Assembly (NCBI GenBank): GCA_015229005.1
Contig: JADGCL010000001.1
Span: 50,216-114,215 of the forward strand
DNA: 64,000 bases
Source of the DNA: Magnetococcales bacterium
Lineage (GTDB): Bacteria; Pseudomonadota; Magnetococcia; Magnetococcales; JADGCL01
Reading direction: 5' to 3'
Part shown: piece by piece, positions 9,082-17,660 of the stretch
Numbering within the stretch: the first letter of the stretch is position 1
Layout of the letters: every line of letters starts with the position of its first letter
Position numbers and translations under genes: made by a program
Notes under the pieces: model-generated
Seen by the model: only the letters and a program-made list of their open reading frames with translations
Database searches by the model: none
Told to the model about the DNA's origin: nothing

Positions 9082-12036
9082 TCACCTCCCCCCCTCGGAG
9101 GGATTTCCCGTCTCTTCGGGAAGCTGCCAGTGGCGGATTTCCAGCTCCGGGTCGGCGAGCCCGGCCAGACTCTCGGCGTTGGAAACGATGCCGACACTGG
9201 CGCGGGCCGGGACCAGGTGACGAGCAGCGACCCGGCGCATGGATTCGACATCGACGCCGAGGACCCCATCGCGGAATCGTCGGCGAATTTCCGGACTCTT
9301 GCCGTGGTAGGCGTCGTGGAAGGCCCGCTTTGCCTCGCCAGCCGGAGACCCGGGACGATCCAGGGCGCCGATGACGCCGAGAATCGCCTCCTCCAGGGCC
9401 CGTTCGTCGTGACTGGTCGAGAAGAGCCAATCGAGTGAGCGGTCGAAATCCGCCAGCGTTTCGGCCAGGCGCGGATCGCGATAGGAATAGAAGCGGAAGG
9501 CGCCGGCATCGGCATCGAAGCCGGCGCCACTGCCATAGGCCCCGCCCTGCTCACGGACGGCCCGGTGCAGAAACCCGTTCCTGAGAAATTGAGCCAGAAC
9601 CGTGAGGGAAGGGGCGTCTTCGTGGGTGAACGGGACGACCGGATAGGCCTTGGAGACAAAATGGACCTGGGTCGGGGTTACCCAGCCTGTATGGACACGT
9701 CGTATCTTGGCGGCAAACGCAAAGGGCGCGGGTGGGGAAGAGGTCCCACCATCCCCCCACGCCGCCGCCAGTCCCTCGCGGATATTCTCGAAGCTCTCCT
9801 CTTCTCCAACCACCAGGATCTGCGGAGTGATCCGTCCCAGGATATCGCGGAGTCTTTCCAATCGCGCCGCAAAGGTCGTCAAGGCCTCCGGGTTTTGCAT
9901 CGATTGATCCAACAGTTTCAGAGATCTGAGGCCTGTCAGTCCCCCCCACCGCTCGTTCAGAGCCGCAGTCGGGCTCATGCCGCTCGAGGCCGTAGACATG
10001 GCCAGGACGTGGCCATTGTCGGTGACCCGCAATTCCGAGCTGGCCCGCATCTGCGCGATCAGCTCCCGGAGACGGGGAAGTTCGTCGAAACGGGCACTGC
10101 GGAAGGTCTCGGTCAGCAACTGGCTCAAGTGCTGGTGATTGCGCGTCAGCGCCTTGCCGGAAACGAGAAAGACTCCGCGAAACCGACCGACGTCGTCGAC
10201 CCGGCTGCGAACGGATCCCCTGGCGATGACCCCGCCACTGACCAGGGATTGCCAGGCCTGGGTCTCCAGATAGCTGCGATTACCACAGCCCACTTCGGTC
10301 AGGCACGAGGCGAAGACCGGCAGAAGATCGGTCAATTCAGGGTCGAGCTCGGGCAGATCGATGAGGAGCTGGATGTAGACCAAGCCATTGGTCGGTTGGT
10401 TGTACCAGTGGGTGGGAAGCCCTGCCACCTCCTTCAATCTCCCCTGGGCGACCGGTGGGTGTTCCGGGATGTCAGTGATCCGGAGACGCGGGAGGATTTC
10501 GGGATCATCCACCTCTCCCTGGCGTCGTTTGAGCGCTCGGCTTCGAGCCAGAATTTCTTGCCGGTCGGCTTCCGAAAGTCCCTCGGCGATGGCTGCCAGG
10601 CGTGCGCTCTCCTTCTGTCGTTTCCGCACGGCGAGGCCGGGATCGGGCATCAGGACCAGCCGCACCCGGTGAGGATTGTCGAGAAACCAGCTCCGGACCA
10701 ATCCCTGGATGAAGCCGGGCGACTGGATATCCTCCCGGAGCCGGACCAGAACCTCGTCCATTGCCAGGGCCGATACCGGGTCGCCGCCATGAAGGGCCGG
10801 GGTGAGGGCCGTCAACATCAGCTTCAGGCCATAGGGCATGCCATCACCGCCGATCTCCCGGCGGCTCATCTCCAGCTGGTGCAGCACTGCCTCCACCCGT
10901 TCCGGTTCCACCCCCTCGACCGCAACCTTTTCGAGGACCGCGAGGATCATCGCCTCCACCTGGTCGGCGTGCTCCGGTTCGGAGCCCTCGAGGCCGCAGG
11001 CGAAGACCATCTCCCGGGAGGAATCGTCGAGGCCAATGACCGGGGAGGGGGCACTCCCCAGTTCGGAGGTCTCCAGGGCCCGGAGGAGCGGCGAGGAGCT
11101 GTTGTCAAGAAGGATGCCCGTCAAGAGATGGGCCCGAAGGAGGGTGGTAAGGTCAGCGGACTTGCCGAGAAGCCAACTCAGTGTGATATAGCTCTTGGCC
11201 TGGGTCGCGCTCCCTTCGTCCACGGCGTAGGGGCGAGTTTCCCGGACGGGTGCGGCAAGGCGCCTCTCGTCGGGGACCGCGAGATCGAGCGCCAACGGTT
11301 GGAACCGGCTCAGGACCCGGGACTCGAAGACGGCCTGGTGTTCGGCAGCCCGGATCGAGCCATAGGTCAAGAAAACGGCATTCGACGGATGATAGTGGCG
11401 GCTGTGAAAGGCCTTGAGATCCTCCCAGCGCAGCTCCGGTATCTCCTCCGGATCGCCGCCGCTGTTGAACCGGTAGGTGGTGGTGGGGAAGAGGTGCCGG
11501 CTCAGTTCCTCCCAGAGGACCCGCGCCGGAGAACTCATCGCACCCTTCATTTCGTTGTAGACGACCCCACGCCAGACCAATCCCGAGCCCGGATCGTTGG
11601 GATCGGTGAATTCCACGCGGCATCCCTCCTGGGCGAAATCCAGGTAGTCCAGTCGCGGGAAAAAGGCCGCATCCAGGTAGACCTCGAGCAGATTGTCGAA
11701 ATCCTTTCGTGACTGGCTGGCGAAGGGGTAGGCCGTCCAGTCGCTCGAGGTGAAGGCGTTCATGAAGGTGCAGAGCGAACGCCGGAGCATCATGAAGAAT
11801 GGATCGCGAACCGGAAAGCGCTCGCTGCCGCAGAGAGCGGTGTGTTCCAGAACATGGGCGACCCCGCTTGAATTGGCGGGAACAGTCAAGAAGGCCACCA
11901 GGAAGGCGTTGTGATGATCCTCGGCCGCCAAGTGCAGATGCCTGGCCCCCGTCCGACGATGGCGGTAGGATTCCACCGTCAGGTTGAGGGCCTCCACTCG
12001 TTGCCGCTCGAGGCATTCAAAAGGGTCGTCGTGCAT
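9082..12036 (-). CDS. M16-family metalloprotease (PreP/insulinase-like, ~984 aa)
   Basis: HVLEHTALCGS is the inverted zinc motif HxxEH. Start set at MHDDPFE (12036). The upstream 163 aa of the track ORF are Arg/Pro-rich and non-homologous in appearance. Confidence 0.85.
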   Translation of the reverse strand: MHDDPFECLERQRVEALNLTVESYRHRRTGARHLHLAAEDHHNAFLVAFLTVPANSSGVAHVLEHTALCGSERFPVRDPFFMMLRRSLCTFMNAFTSSDWTAYPFASQSRKDFDNLLEVYLDAAFFPRLDYLDFAQEGCRVEFTDPNDPGSGLVWRGVVYNEMKGAMSSPARVLWEELSRHLFPTTTYRFNSGGDPEEIPELRWEDLKAFHSRHYHPSNAVFLTYGSIRAAEHQAVFESRVLSRFQPLALDLAVPDERRLAAPVRETRPYAVDEGSATQAKSYITLSWLLGKSADLTTLLRAHLLTGILLDNSSSPLLRALETSELGSAPSPVIGLDDSSREMVFACGLEGSEPEHADQVEAMILAVLEKVAVEGVEPERVEAVLHQLEMSRREIGGDGMPYGLKLMLTALTPALHGGDPVSALAMDEVLVRLREDIQSPGFIQGLVRSWFLDNPHRVRLVLMPDPGLAVRKRQKESARLAAIAEGLSEADRQEILARSRALKRRQGEVDDPEILPRLRITDIPEHPPVAQGRLKEVAGLPTHWYNQPTNGLVYIQLLIDLPELDPELTDLLPVFASCLTEVGCGNRSYLETQAWQSLVSGGVIARGSVRSRVDDVGRFRGVFLVSGKALTRNHQHLSQLLTETFRSARFDELPRLRELIAQMRASSELRVTDNGHVLAMSTASSGMSPTAALNERWGGLTGLRSLKLLDQSMQNPEALTTFAARLERLRDILGRITPQILVVGEEESFENIREGLAAAWGDGGTSSPPAPFAFAAKIRRVHTGWVTPTQVHFVSKAYPVVPFTHEDAPSLTVLAQFLRNGFLHRAVREQGGAYGSGAGFDADAGAFRFYSYRDPRLAETLADFDRSLDWLFSTSHDERALEEAILGVIGALDRPGSPAGEAKRAFHDAYHGKSPEIRRRFRDGVLGVDVESMRRVAARHLVPARASVGIVSNAESLAGLADPELEIRHWQLPEETGNPSEGGR

Positions 12037-12312
12037 GGATGTCGCCTTGGCCGGTGGGGGTGGAAGGAGTAACCTGCCCGGTGCGGGGTGGCTGGCCCGC
12101 CTCGGAGGGGGAAGCGTTCCGGCGCGGGGGCACTCCGGCGCGGAAGAAAAGCCCCATGACGGGGGGAGAAGCCGACCTCCCCGTCTCGGAGGGGGAACCT
12201 CCCGCCTGGAAGAGAACGTTTTCCGAACGACACGTTCGCCCGGGTGAAAATAGCCAAGCCACCGCACCAAAGTAAACCGGGCGGACGGGTTTGCAAAATT
12301 TTTTATTGGTCG

Positions 12313-12341
12313 TTGAAAAATGGCCTGAGGGTACCTACAAT
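12313..12341 (+). promoter_or_regulatory. candidate sigma70 promoter TTGAAA-N17-TACAAT for the qmo/hdr operon
   Basis: Both hexamers and the 17-nt spacer were read directly. The element lies in an AT-richer patch about 165 nt upstream of the qmoA-like ATG. Confidence 0.35.
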
Positions 12342-12360
12342 CCAGCCAAAATCGAATTAT

Positions 12361-12408
12361 CACGGCATCACAGCACTCTATCCCTTTCGTGAATGCCGTG
12401 TTTCTTTT
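12361..12408 (+). promoter_or_regulatory. leader hairpin plus T-tract (attenuator-like) in the qmoA-like 5' UTR
   Basis: CACGGCATCAC...GTGAATGCCGTG forms a stem with one bulge, followed by TTTCTTTT. It lies between the candidate promoter and the ATG at 12506. Confidence 0.3.
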
Positions 12409-12505
12409 GGGGTATTCGCCGTTGCCGGGCTTCCGGTCGGGGCGGCGCCCCTCGGTGGACAGTCGATCTTCATTCTGATCCTCAAACCCCCTCCGGAGGT
12501 GTATC

Positions 12506-13780
12506 ATGGCGGATGGAAAAGCCACGGGCCAAACGATTCTGGTCGTGGGTGGCGGGTTGACGGGGCTGACAGCGGCGGTGGAATCCGCCGAGGTGGGCCA
12601 TCACGTCATCCTTCTCGAAAAGGAACCCCAGTTGGGGGGCCGGGTCTCCCAGCACAACAAGTACTTCCCCAAGCTCTGCTCTCCGTCCTGCGGGTTGGAG
12701 ATCAATTACCAGCGGATACGCAACAACCCGCGTATCACCGTCCATACCCTGGCGGAGGTCACGAAGATCGAGGGACAGGCCGGCAACTACCGGGTGAGCG
12801 TCCGCAAGGCTCCCCGATTCGTCAGCGACAAATGCACCGCCTGTGGCGACTGCTCCCGCGCCTGCTCCACCGAGGTGGAGGATCCCTTCAACCTGGGAAC
12901 CGCCAAGGCCAAGGCGATCCGCAACGCCCACGCCTTCGCCTTTCCGAGCCACTACTTCATGGATCCAGGCTTCGCCGGGAGCGAGGAGGCGAGGAAACTC
13001 GTCGAGGTCTGCCCGGTGGGGGCCATCGAACTCGACCAGCAGGCCGAAACCTTGGAACTCTCCGTCGGCAGCATCGTTTGGGCCACAGGCTGGAAACCCT
13101 ACGATGCCGAGAAGATCCGCCCCTATGGGTTCGGTCGTCACGCCAATGTCACGACCAACATGCGCTTCGAGCGTCTGGCGAGCCCATTCGGCCCCACTCA
13201 GGGCAAGCTGGTGCGTCCCTCGGACGGCAAAGAGGTCCGCAAGGTTGCCTTCGTTCAGTGCGCCGGTTCGCGGGATCACAATTACCTCGCTTTCTGCTCC
13301 CGCATCTGCTGCCTCGCCTCCATGAAGCAGGCCACCTACGTCCGGGAGCAGTATCCCGACTCCGAGGTGACCATCTACTACATCGACCTTCGGGCCATGG
13401 ACCGCTACGAGGCCTTCCTCAAGAAGGTCGAGGCCGATTCCCAGATTCGCTGGACCAAATCGAAGCCGGCCCGGATCGACGAGGATCCGGCCACCAAAGA
13501 CCCGGTTGTCGTCGGCGAGGACACCCTGACCGGGGTCCGCTATGCCGAACGGTACGATCTGGTGGTCCTGGCCACGGGCATGGAGCCCATGAGCAGCAGC
13601 GCCAAACCTCCCGCCGATGGCGTCACCCAGGATGCCTACGGCTTCGTCGTCAACGACGGCGGCCCGGTCATCGCCTGCGGTTGCAGCGCCGGACCGGTGG
13701 ATGTGGCAAGCTCGGTTCAGACCGGCACGGCGGCGGCCCTGAAGGCGATTCAAACCGCGCTCAAGGCAGGGGGTAGATGA
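12506..13780 (+). CDS. qmoA: HdrA-like flavoprotein, QmoA-type
   Basis: ILVVGGGLTGLTAAVESAEVGHHVILLEKEPQLGGR is an FAD-binding motif. HdrA signatures include CSPSCG, CTACGDC and FVQCAGSRD...CSRICC. GGAGGT RBS. Confidence 0.8.
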   Translation: MADGKATGQTILVVGGGLTGLTAAVESAEVGHHVILLEKEPQLGGRVSQHNKYFPKLCSPSCGLEINYQRIRNNPRITVHTLAEVTKIEGQAGNYRVSVRKAPRFVSDKCTACGDCSRACSTEVEDPFNLGTAKAKAIRNAHAFAFPSHYFMDPGFAGSEEARKLVEVCPVGAIELDQQAETLELSVGSIVWATGWKPYDAEKIRPYGFGRHANVTTNMRFERLASPFGPTQGKLVRPSDGKEVRKVAFVQCAGSRDHNYLAFCSRICCLASMKQATYVREQYPDSEVTIYYIDLRAMDRYEAFLKKVEADSQIRWTKSKPARIDEDPATKDPVVVGEDTLTGVRYAERYDLVVLATGMEPMSSSAKPPADGVTQDAYGFVVNDGGPVIACGCSAGPVDVASSVQTGTAAALKAIQTALKAGGR

Positions 13781-15993
13781 CGATGGAAAAGAAGATCGGT
13801 TGTTACATCTGCAAGGGCTGCGGCATCGGCGACAATCTCGACGTGGGTGCCCTGGAGAGCGTGGCCAGGAAGGATCAAAAGATCCCGGTGGTCAGGAACC
13901 ACGAGTTCCTCTGCGGCAGCGAGGGACTGGAGCTGATCCGCAAGGATATGGAGTCCGAGGGAGTCAACGCCCTGGTGATCGCGGGCTGCTCACCGCGGGC
14001 CAAGGTCGACGAATTCCGCCTGGGGGCGGCCCTCATGGATCGGGTCAACCTGCGTGAGCAGGTGTTATGGGTCCAGCCTGTGGCCGAAGGCGACGACACT
14101 GCCGAGGAAGACCGGCAGATGGCGGCAGTGGACTATCTGGCCATGGGATGCGTCAAAGTCAAGAAGATGGATGCCCCCATTCCCTTCGAGGATCCCGGCT
14201 TTTCGAAGGATATCCTGGTGGTTGGCGGTGGTGTCGCCGGTCTCACCGCGGCGAAGAACATTGCCGACACCGGCTATAAGGTCGTCCTCGTCGAGAAGAG
14301 CGATGACCTGGGCGGAATGCTGTCACGGATGCACAAGGTCTCCCCGACCAAGCCCCCCTACAAGGATCCCGAAGAGAATCCGATCGCCGGTTTGATCGCG
14401 GCGGTGAAGGGCAACGGGGCGATCAAGATCCATACGGGTGCCACCATCAAAAAGACCGCCGGCGCCCCGGGGCTTTTCGATATCACCATCGTCAAGGGCG
14501 GCAAGGAGTCCACCGAACGGGTGGGAGCCATCGTCGTCGCCACCGGCTTCGGGCTCTACGATGCCGGCAAGCTCCCGGCCCAGCTCGGCCATGGCTCCTC
14601 CCCGGATGTCATCACCAGCCTGCAATTCGAGGAGATGGCCAAGGCCGGAAAGATCGTCCGTCCCTCCGATGGCCAACCGGCCAAACGGGTGGCCTTCTCC
14701 CTCTGCGCCGGTCAGCGTTCCACCGAGCATCTGGAGTACTGCTCGGGCGCCTGCTGCGTCTATTCCCTGAAGCAGGCGCTCTACGTCAAGGAGCAGTATG
14801 CCGATGCTTCCACCTACCTGATCTATCAGGAGGTGCGGACCCCGGGACAGATGGAGGATTTCTATCGCAAGGTCCAGGATGAGGGCGGGGTCTTCATCAA
14901 GGGCGACGTCACCCAGGTCGCGAAGGGCGCGGGTGGCGGCCTTTCGGTCGAGGTCAACGACAAACTCCTCCGCGGCAAGGAGAAGCTCGAGGTCGATCTC
15001 CTGGTCCTGGCGGTGGGGATGACCCCCTCCCTCGACACGGTCGATCCCAACAAGGCATCACCAGTGGGGGCGGGAGAGTTCGATTATACCAAATCGGTAC
15101 TCAATCTCGACTATCGCCAGGGGCCGAGTCTGCCGGAGCTGAAGTGGGGCTTCCCGGACTCCCATTTTATCTGCTTTCCCTACGAGACCCGGCGGACCGG
15201 CATCTACGTCGCCGGTCCGGCCAGGAGGCCGATGGGGATCGCCGCCAGCGTCAGTGATGCCACCGGCGCCGCCCTGAAGGCCATTCAGGTGGTGGAGTCG
15301 GTTGCCCGGGGGGCTGCGGTTCACCCGCGGGCGGGGGATCTCTCTTATCCCTCCTTTCGCAAGGAGGGATGTACCCAGTGCAAGCGCTGCACCGAGGAGT
15401 GTCCCTTCGGGGCCATCAACGAGGACGACAAGGGCAATCCGCTCTTCAATCCCACCCGCTGCCGGCGCTGCGGCACCTGCATGGGGGCCTGCCCGCAGAA
15501 GATCATCTCTTTCGCCAACTATTCGGTGGACATGATCGGTTCGATGCTCAAGGAGGTCGAAGTCCCCGAGGAGGACGAGGAGAAGCCGCGGATTCTTATC
15601 TTCGCCTGTGAGAACGACGCCTATCCGGCCATGGATCAGATGGCGCAGAATCGTGCCAAGATCAGCCCCTATGTTCGGGTCATTCCGTTGCGTTGCATGG
15701 GTTCGATGAACCTCGTCTGGGTCGCGGATGCGATGTCCTCGGGTTACGACGGCGTTCTTCTCATGGGTTGCCGGCACGGCGACCAGTACCAGTGCCACAA
15801 CGTCCGCGGTTCGGCCCTGGCGGAGATCCGCCTGAGCAAGGTGTCGGAGACCCTCGACCGCCTGCAATTGGAATCGGCGCGGGTGCGCATGGTCGAGGTC
15901 AACATCATGGACGCCGACAAGCTTCCGGAAGTGATCAACGGCTTTGTCGACGACATCATGGAATTCGACCCGAACCCCTACAAGGCGTTCTGA
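13777..15993 (+). CDS. qmoB: HdrA-like flavoprotein with 2x[4Fe-4S] and an MvhD domain, QmoB-type
   Basis: ILVVGGGVAGLTAA is an FAD-binding motif. CTQCKRCTEECP and CRRCGTCMGACP are ferredoxin motifs. The C-terminal IFACENDAYPA...LRCMGSMN...LMGC is an MvhD-like domain. ATGA overlap with the upstream gene. Confidence 0.8.
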   Translation: MTMEKKIGCYICKGCGIGDNLDVGALESVARKDQKIPVVRNHEFLCGSEGLELIRKDMESEGVNALVIAGCSPRAKVDEFRLGAALMDRVNLREQVLWVQPVAEGDDTAEEDRQMAAVDYLAMGCVKVKKMDAPIPFEDPGFSKDILVVGGGVAGLTAAKNIADTGYKVVLVEKSDDLGGMLSRMHKVSPTKPPYKDPEENPIAGLIAAVKGNGAIKIHTGATIKKTAGAPGLFDITIVKGGKESTERVGAIVVATGFGLYDAGKLPAQLGHGSSPDVITSLQFEEMAKAGKIVRPSDGQPAKRVAFSLCAGQRSTEHLEYCSGACCVYSLKQALYVKEQYADASTYLIYQEVRTPGQMEDFYRKVQDEGGVFIKGDVTQVAKGAGGGLSVEVNDKLLRGKEKLEVDLLVLAVGMTPSLDTVDPNKASPVGAGEFDYTKSVLNLDYRQGPSLPELKWGFPDSHFICFPYETRRTGIYVAGPARRPMGIAASVSDATGAALKAIQVVESVARGAAVHPRAGDLSYPSFRKEGCTQCKRCTEECPFGAINEDDKGNPLFNPTRCRRCGTCMGACPQKIISFANYSVDMIGSMLKEVEVPEEDEEKPRILIFACENDAYPAMDQMAQNRAKISPYVRVIPLRCMGSMNLVWVADAMSSGYDGVLLMGCRHGDQYQCHNVRGSALAEIRLSKVSETLDRLQLESARVRMVEVNIMDADKLPEVINGFVDDIMEFDPNPYKAF

Positions 15994-16079
15994 CGGCGCC
16001 ACGGGAGTCGCGGGCCGGTCCCTTGTTTCCGTAGAGGATCGGGCCGGCCCGGGTTCCCCCAGACCAGGAGTATGACGCT

Positions 16080-16673
16080 ATGGCTTATGACCTCTCTTTT
16101 GCTAGAGAAGTCTACAAGAATTCGGAAATGGGGCACTGGATCAAGATGTGCATGCAGTGCGGCGTTTGCGCCGGTTCCTGCCCCTTGGGTCCCCACTGGG
16201 AACACTCTCCTCGACAGCTCTTCCAGATGGTCCGTGCCGGGAAGAAGGAGGAGGTGTTGAAGAGCAGTTCCATGTGGATGTGCACCTCCTGCTACAATTG
16301 TATCGTCCGCTGTCCGCGGCACCTGCCCATCACCCACATCGTCCATGGCCTTGCCCGCTATGCGATGGAACAGGGGATGGCCAACCCGCAACAGCCGACC
16401 CACCGGTTCGCCTCCAAGGTCTTCTGGGAGAACATCGTTGCCACCGGTCGTGTCGGCGAGGCAGGGTTGACGATGAAGCTCTATTTCCTGGATGGCCTTG
16501 GCGCCGGTATCCGGATGGGGCTCGAGATGAAGGATGTCGCCCTGGGGATGGTCAAGACCGGTCGGCTCAATCCGATCCCCTTCCGGGGCAAGATCAAGGG
16601 TTATGCGGGGTTCCAGGCGATGCTGCAAAAGGCCGCCGCCATTGAGAGCAAGCACAAGGAGGCCAAGGCATGA
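16080..16673 (+). CDS. hdrC: heterodisulfide-reductase subunit C-like 4Fe-4S protein
   Basis: CMQCGVCAGSCP and CTSCYNCIVRCP are cluster motifs. The size is about 197 aa. Confidence 0.75.
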   Translation: MAYDLSFAREVYKNSEMGHWIKMCMQCGVCAGSCPLGPHWEHSPRQLFQMVRAGKKEEVLKSSSMWMCTSCYNCIVRCPRHLPITHIVHGLARYAMEQGMANPQQPTHRFASKVFWENIVATGRVGEAGLTMKLYFLDGLGAGIRMGLEMKDVALGMVKTGRLNPIPFRGKIKGYAGFQAMLQKAAAIESKHKEAKA

Positions 16674-17554
16674 AGGAGTACACTTTCTATCCGGGGTGCA
16701 GCTCGGAGAAGGGGGCCTCGGCCGCCAACATGGAGAACTCGGTCCATGCGATGTGCCAGATGCTCGGTATCAAGCTGCATGAAATCGACGACTGGAACTG
16801 TTGCAGCGCCTCCATCGGTTATGCCGGTGGCGGTGAGTTGCCACGCATGGCCCTGTCGGCGCGGAATTTTGCCCTGGCCAAGAAGCAGTTCGGCAATCGC
16901 GACCTGGTGGCGACCTGTGCCGCCTGCTGGCTTGGGATGCGGGAAACCCACGAGCGCCTGGAAGAGGACCAGCAGGTCAAGGCCGACCTCAACGAGGCCC
17001 TCCAGGCCGCCGGCCTCTCCTATGACGGCGGCATCAAGACCCGGCACATGGTCGAGGTCCTCATCGAGGATTTCGGTTTCGATGCCTTGAAGGCCAAGGT
17101 GACCAAGCCCCTGACCGGGATCAAGGTTGCGGGCTACGTCGGCTGTCAGACCAACCGTCCTTTCGGGGTGGCGGGGGATAATTTCGAGAATCCGCAATAT
17201 CTCGACAAAATGACCGAGGCGTGCGGGGCGACGGCGGTTCCTTTCGAGAAGAAGGTGGCCTGTTGCGGCGGGGCCCTGGCCTTCTCGGAGAACGAGAAGT
17301 CCTGTGCCCTGATCCGGGACATCCTCCAATCGGCGGTGGACAACGGCGCCGATGTCATCTCCACACCGTGCCCGGTCTGCCAGTTGAATGTCGAGGTCTA
17401 CCAGGACAAGGTCAACAAGATGTTCGGGACCCGCTTCCGGATCCCGGTGGTCTACTATTCCCAGCTCTTCGTCCTGGCCTGGGGGGGAGGTTGGCAGAAG
17501 GCGGCCCTGCACCAGCAGGTCGTCCCGGCGGATGTGCTGAAGAAGTTCGCCTGA
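16670..17554 (+). CDS. hdrB: heterodisulfide-reductase subunit B-like protein (two CCG domains)
   Basis: FYPGCS...NCCSA...CAACW and GCQ...CCGG...PCPVCQ are CCG-type cysteine motifs. ATGA overlap with hdrC. Confidence 0.8.
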   Translation: MKEYTFYPGCSSEKGASAANMENSVHAMCQMLGIKLHEIDDWNCCSASIGYAGGGELPRMALSARNFALAKKQFGNRDLVATCAACWLGMRETHERLEEDQQVKADLNEALQAAGLSYDGGIKTRHMVEVLIEDFGFDALKAKVTKPLTGIKVAGYVGCQTNRPFGVAGDNFENPQYLDKMTEACGATAVPFEKKVACCGGALAFSENEKSCALIRDILQSAVDNGADVISTPCPVCQLNVEVYQDKVNKMFGTRFRIPVVYYSQLFVLAWGGGWQKAALHQQVVPADVLKKFA

Positions 17555-17582
17555 TCCGACCCGCGATCCGTCGCTTTGGTTC

Positions 17583-17617
17583 GGCGCCGCCCGCCTGTCG
17601 CGGGCGGCGCCTTTTTT
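17583..17617 (+). terminator. rho-independent terminator of the qmo/hdr operon
   Basis: GGCGCCGCCCGC-ctgtc-GCGGGCGGCGCC forms a perfect 12-bp GC stem, followed by TTTTTT. Confidence 0.8.
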
Positions 17618-17660
17618 GTGATACCGGATCCTTGTCGCTGCCGGATCCTCTTTGTCCCGA

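Noticed and set aside
9565-11712. 715-aa plus-strand ORF
   Set aside because: It lies entirely antisense to the well-supported M16 protease gene. It has an Arg/Gly/Pro-rich composition and no recognisable motifs, so it is a typical high-GC shadow ORF.
12037-12525. 163-aa N-terminal extension of track ORF 9082..12525
   Set aside because: Homology-like sequence begins at MHDDPFE (12036). The extension is Arg/Pro-rich and would run through the AT-rich divergent promoter region of the qmo operon.
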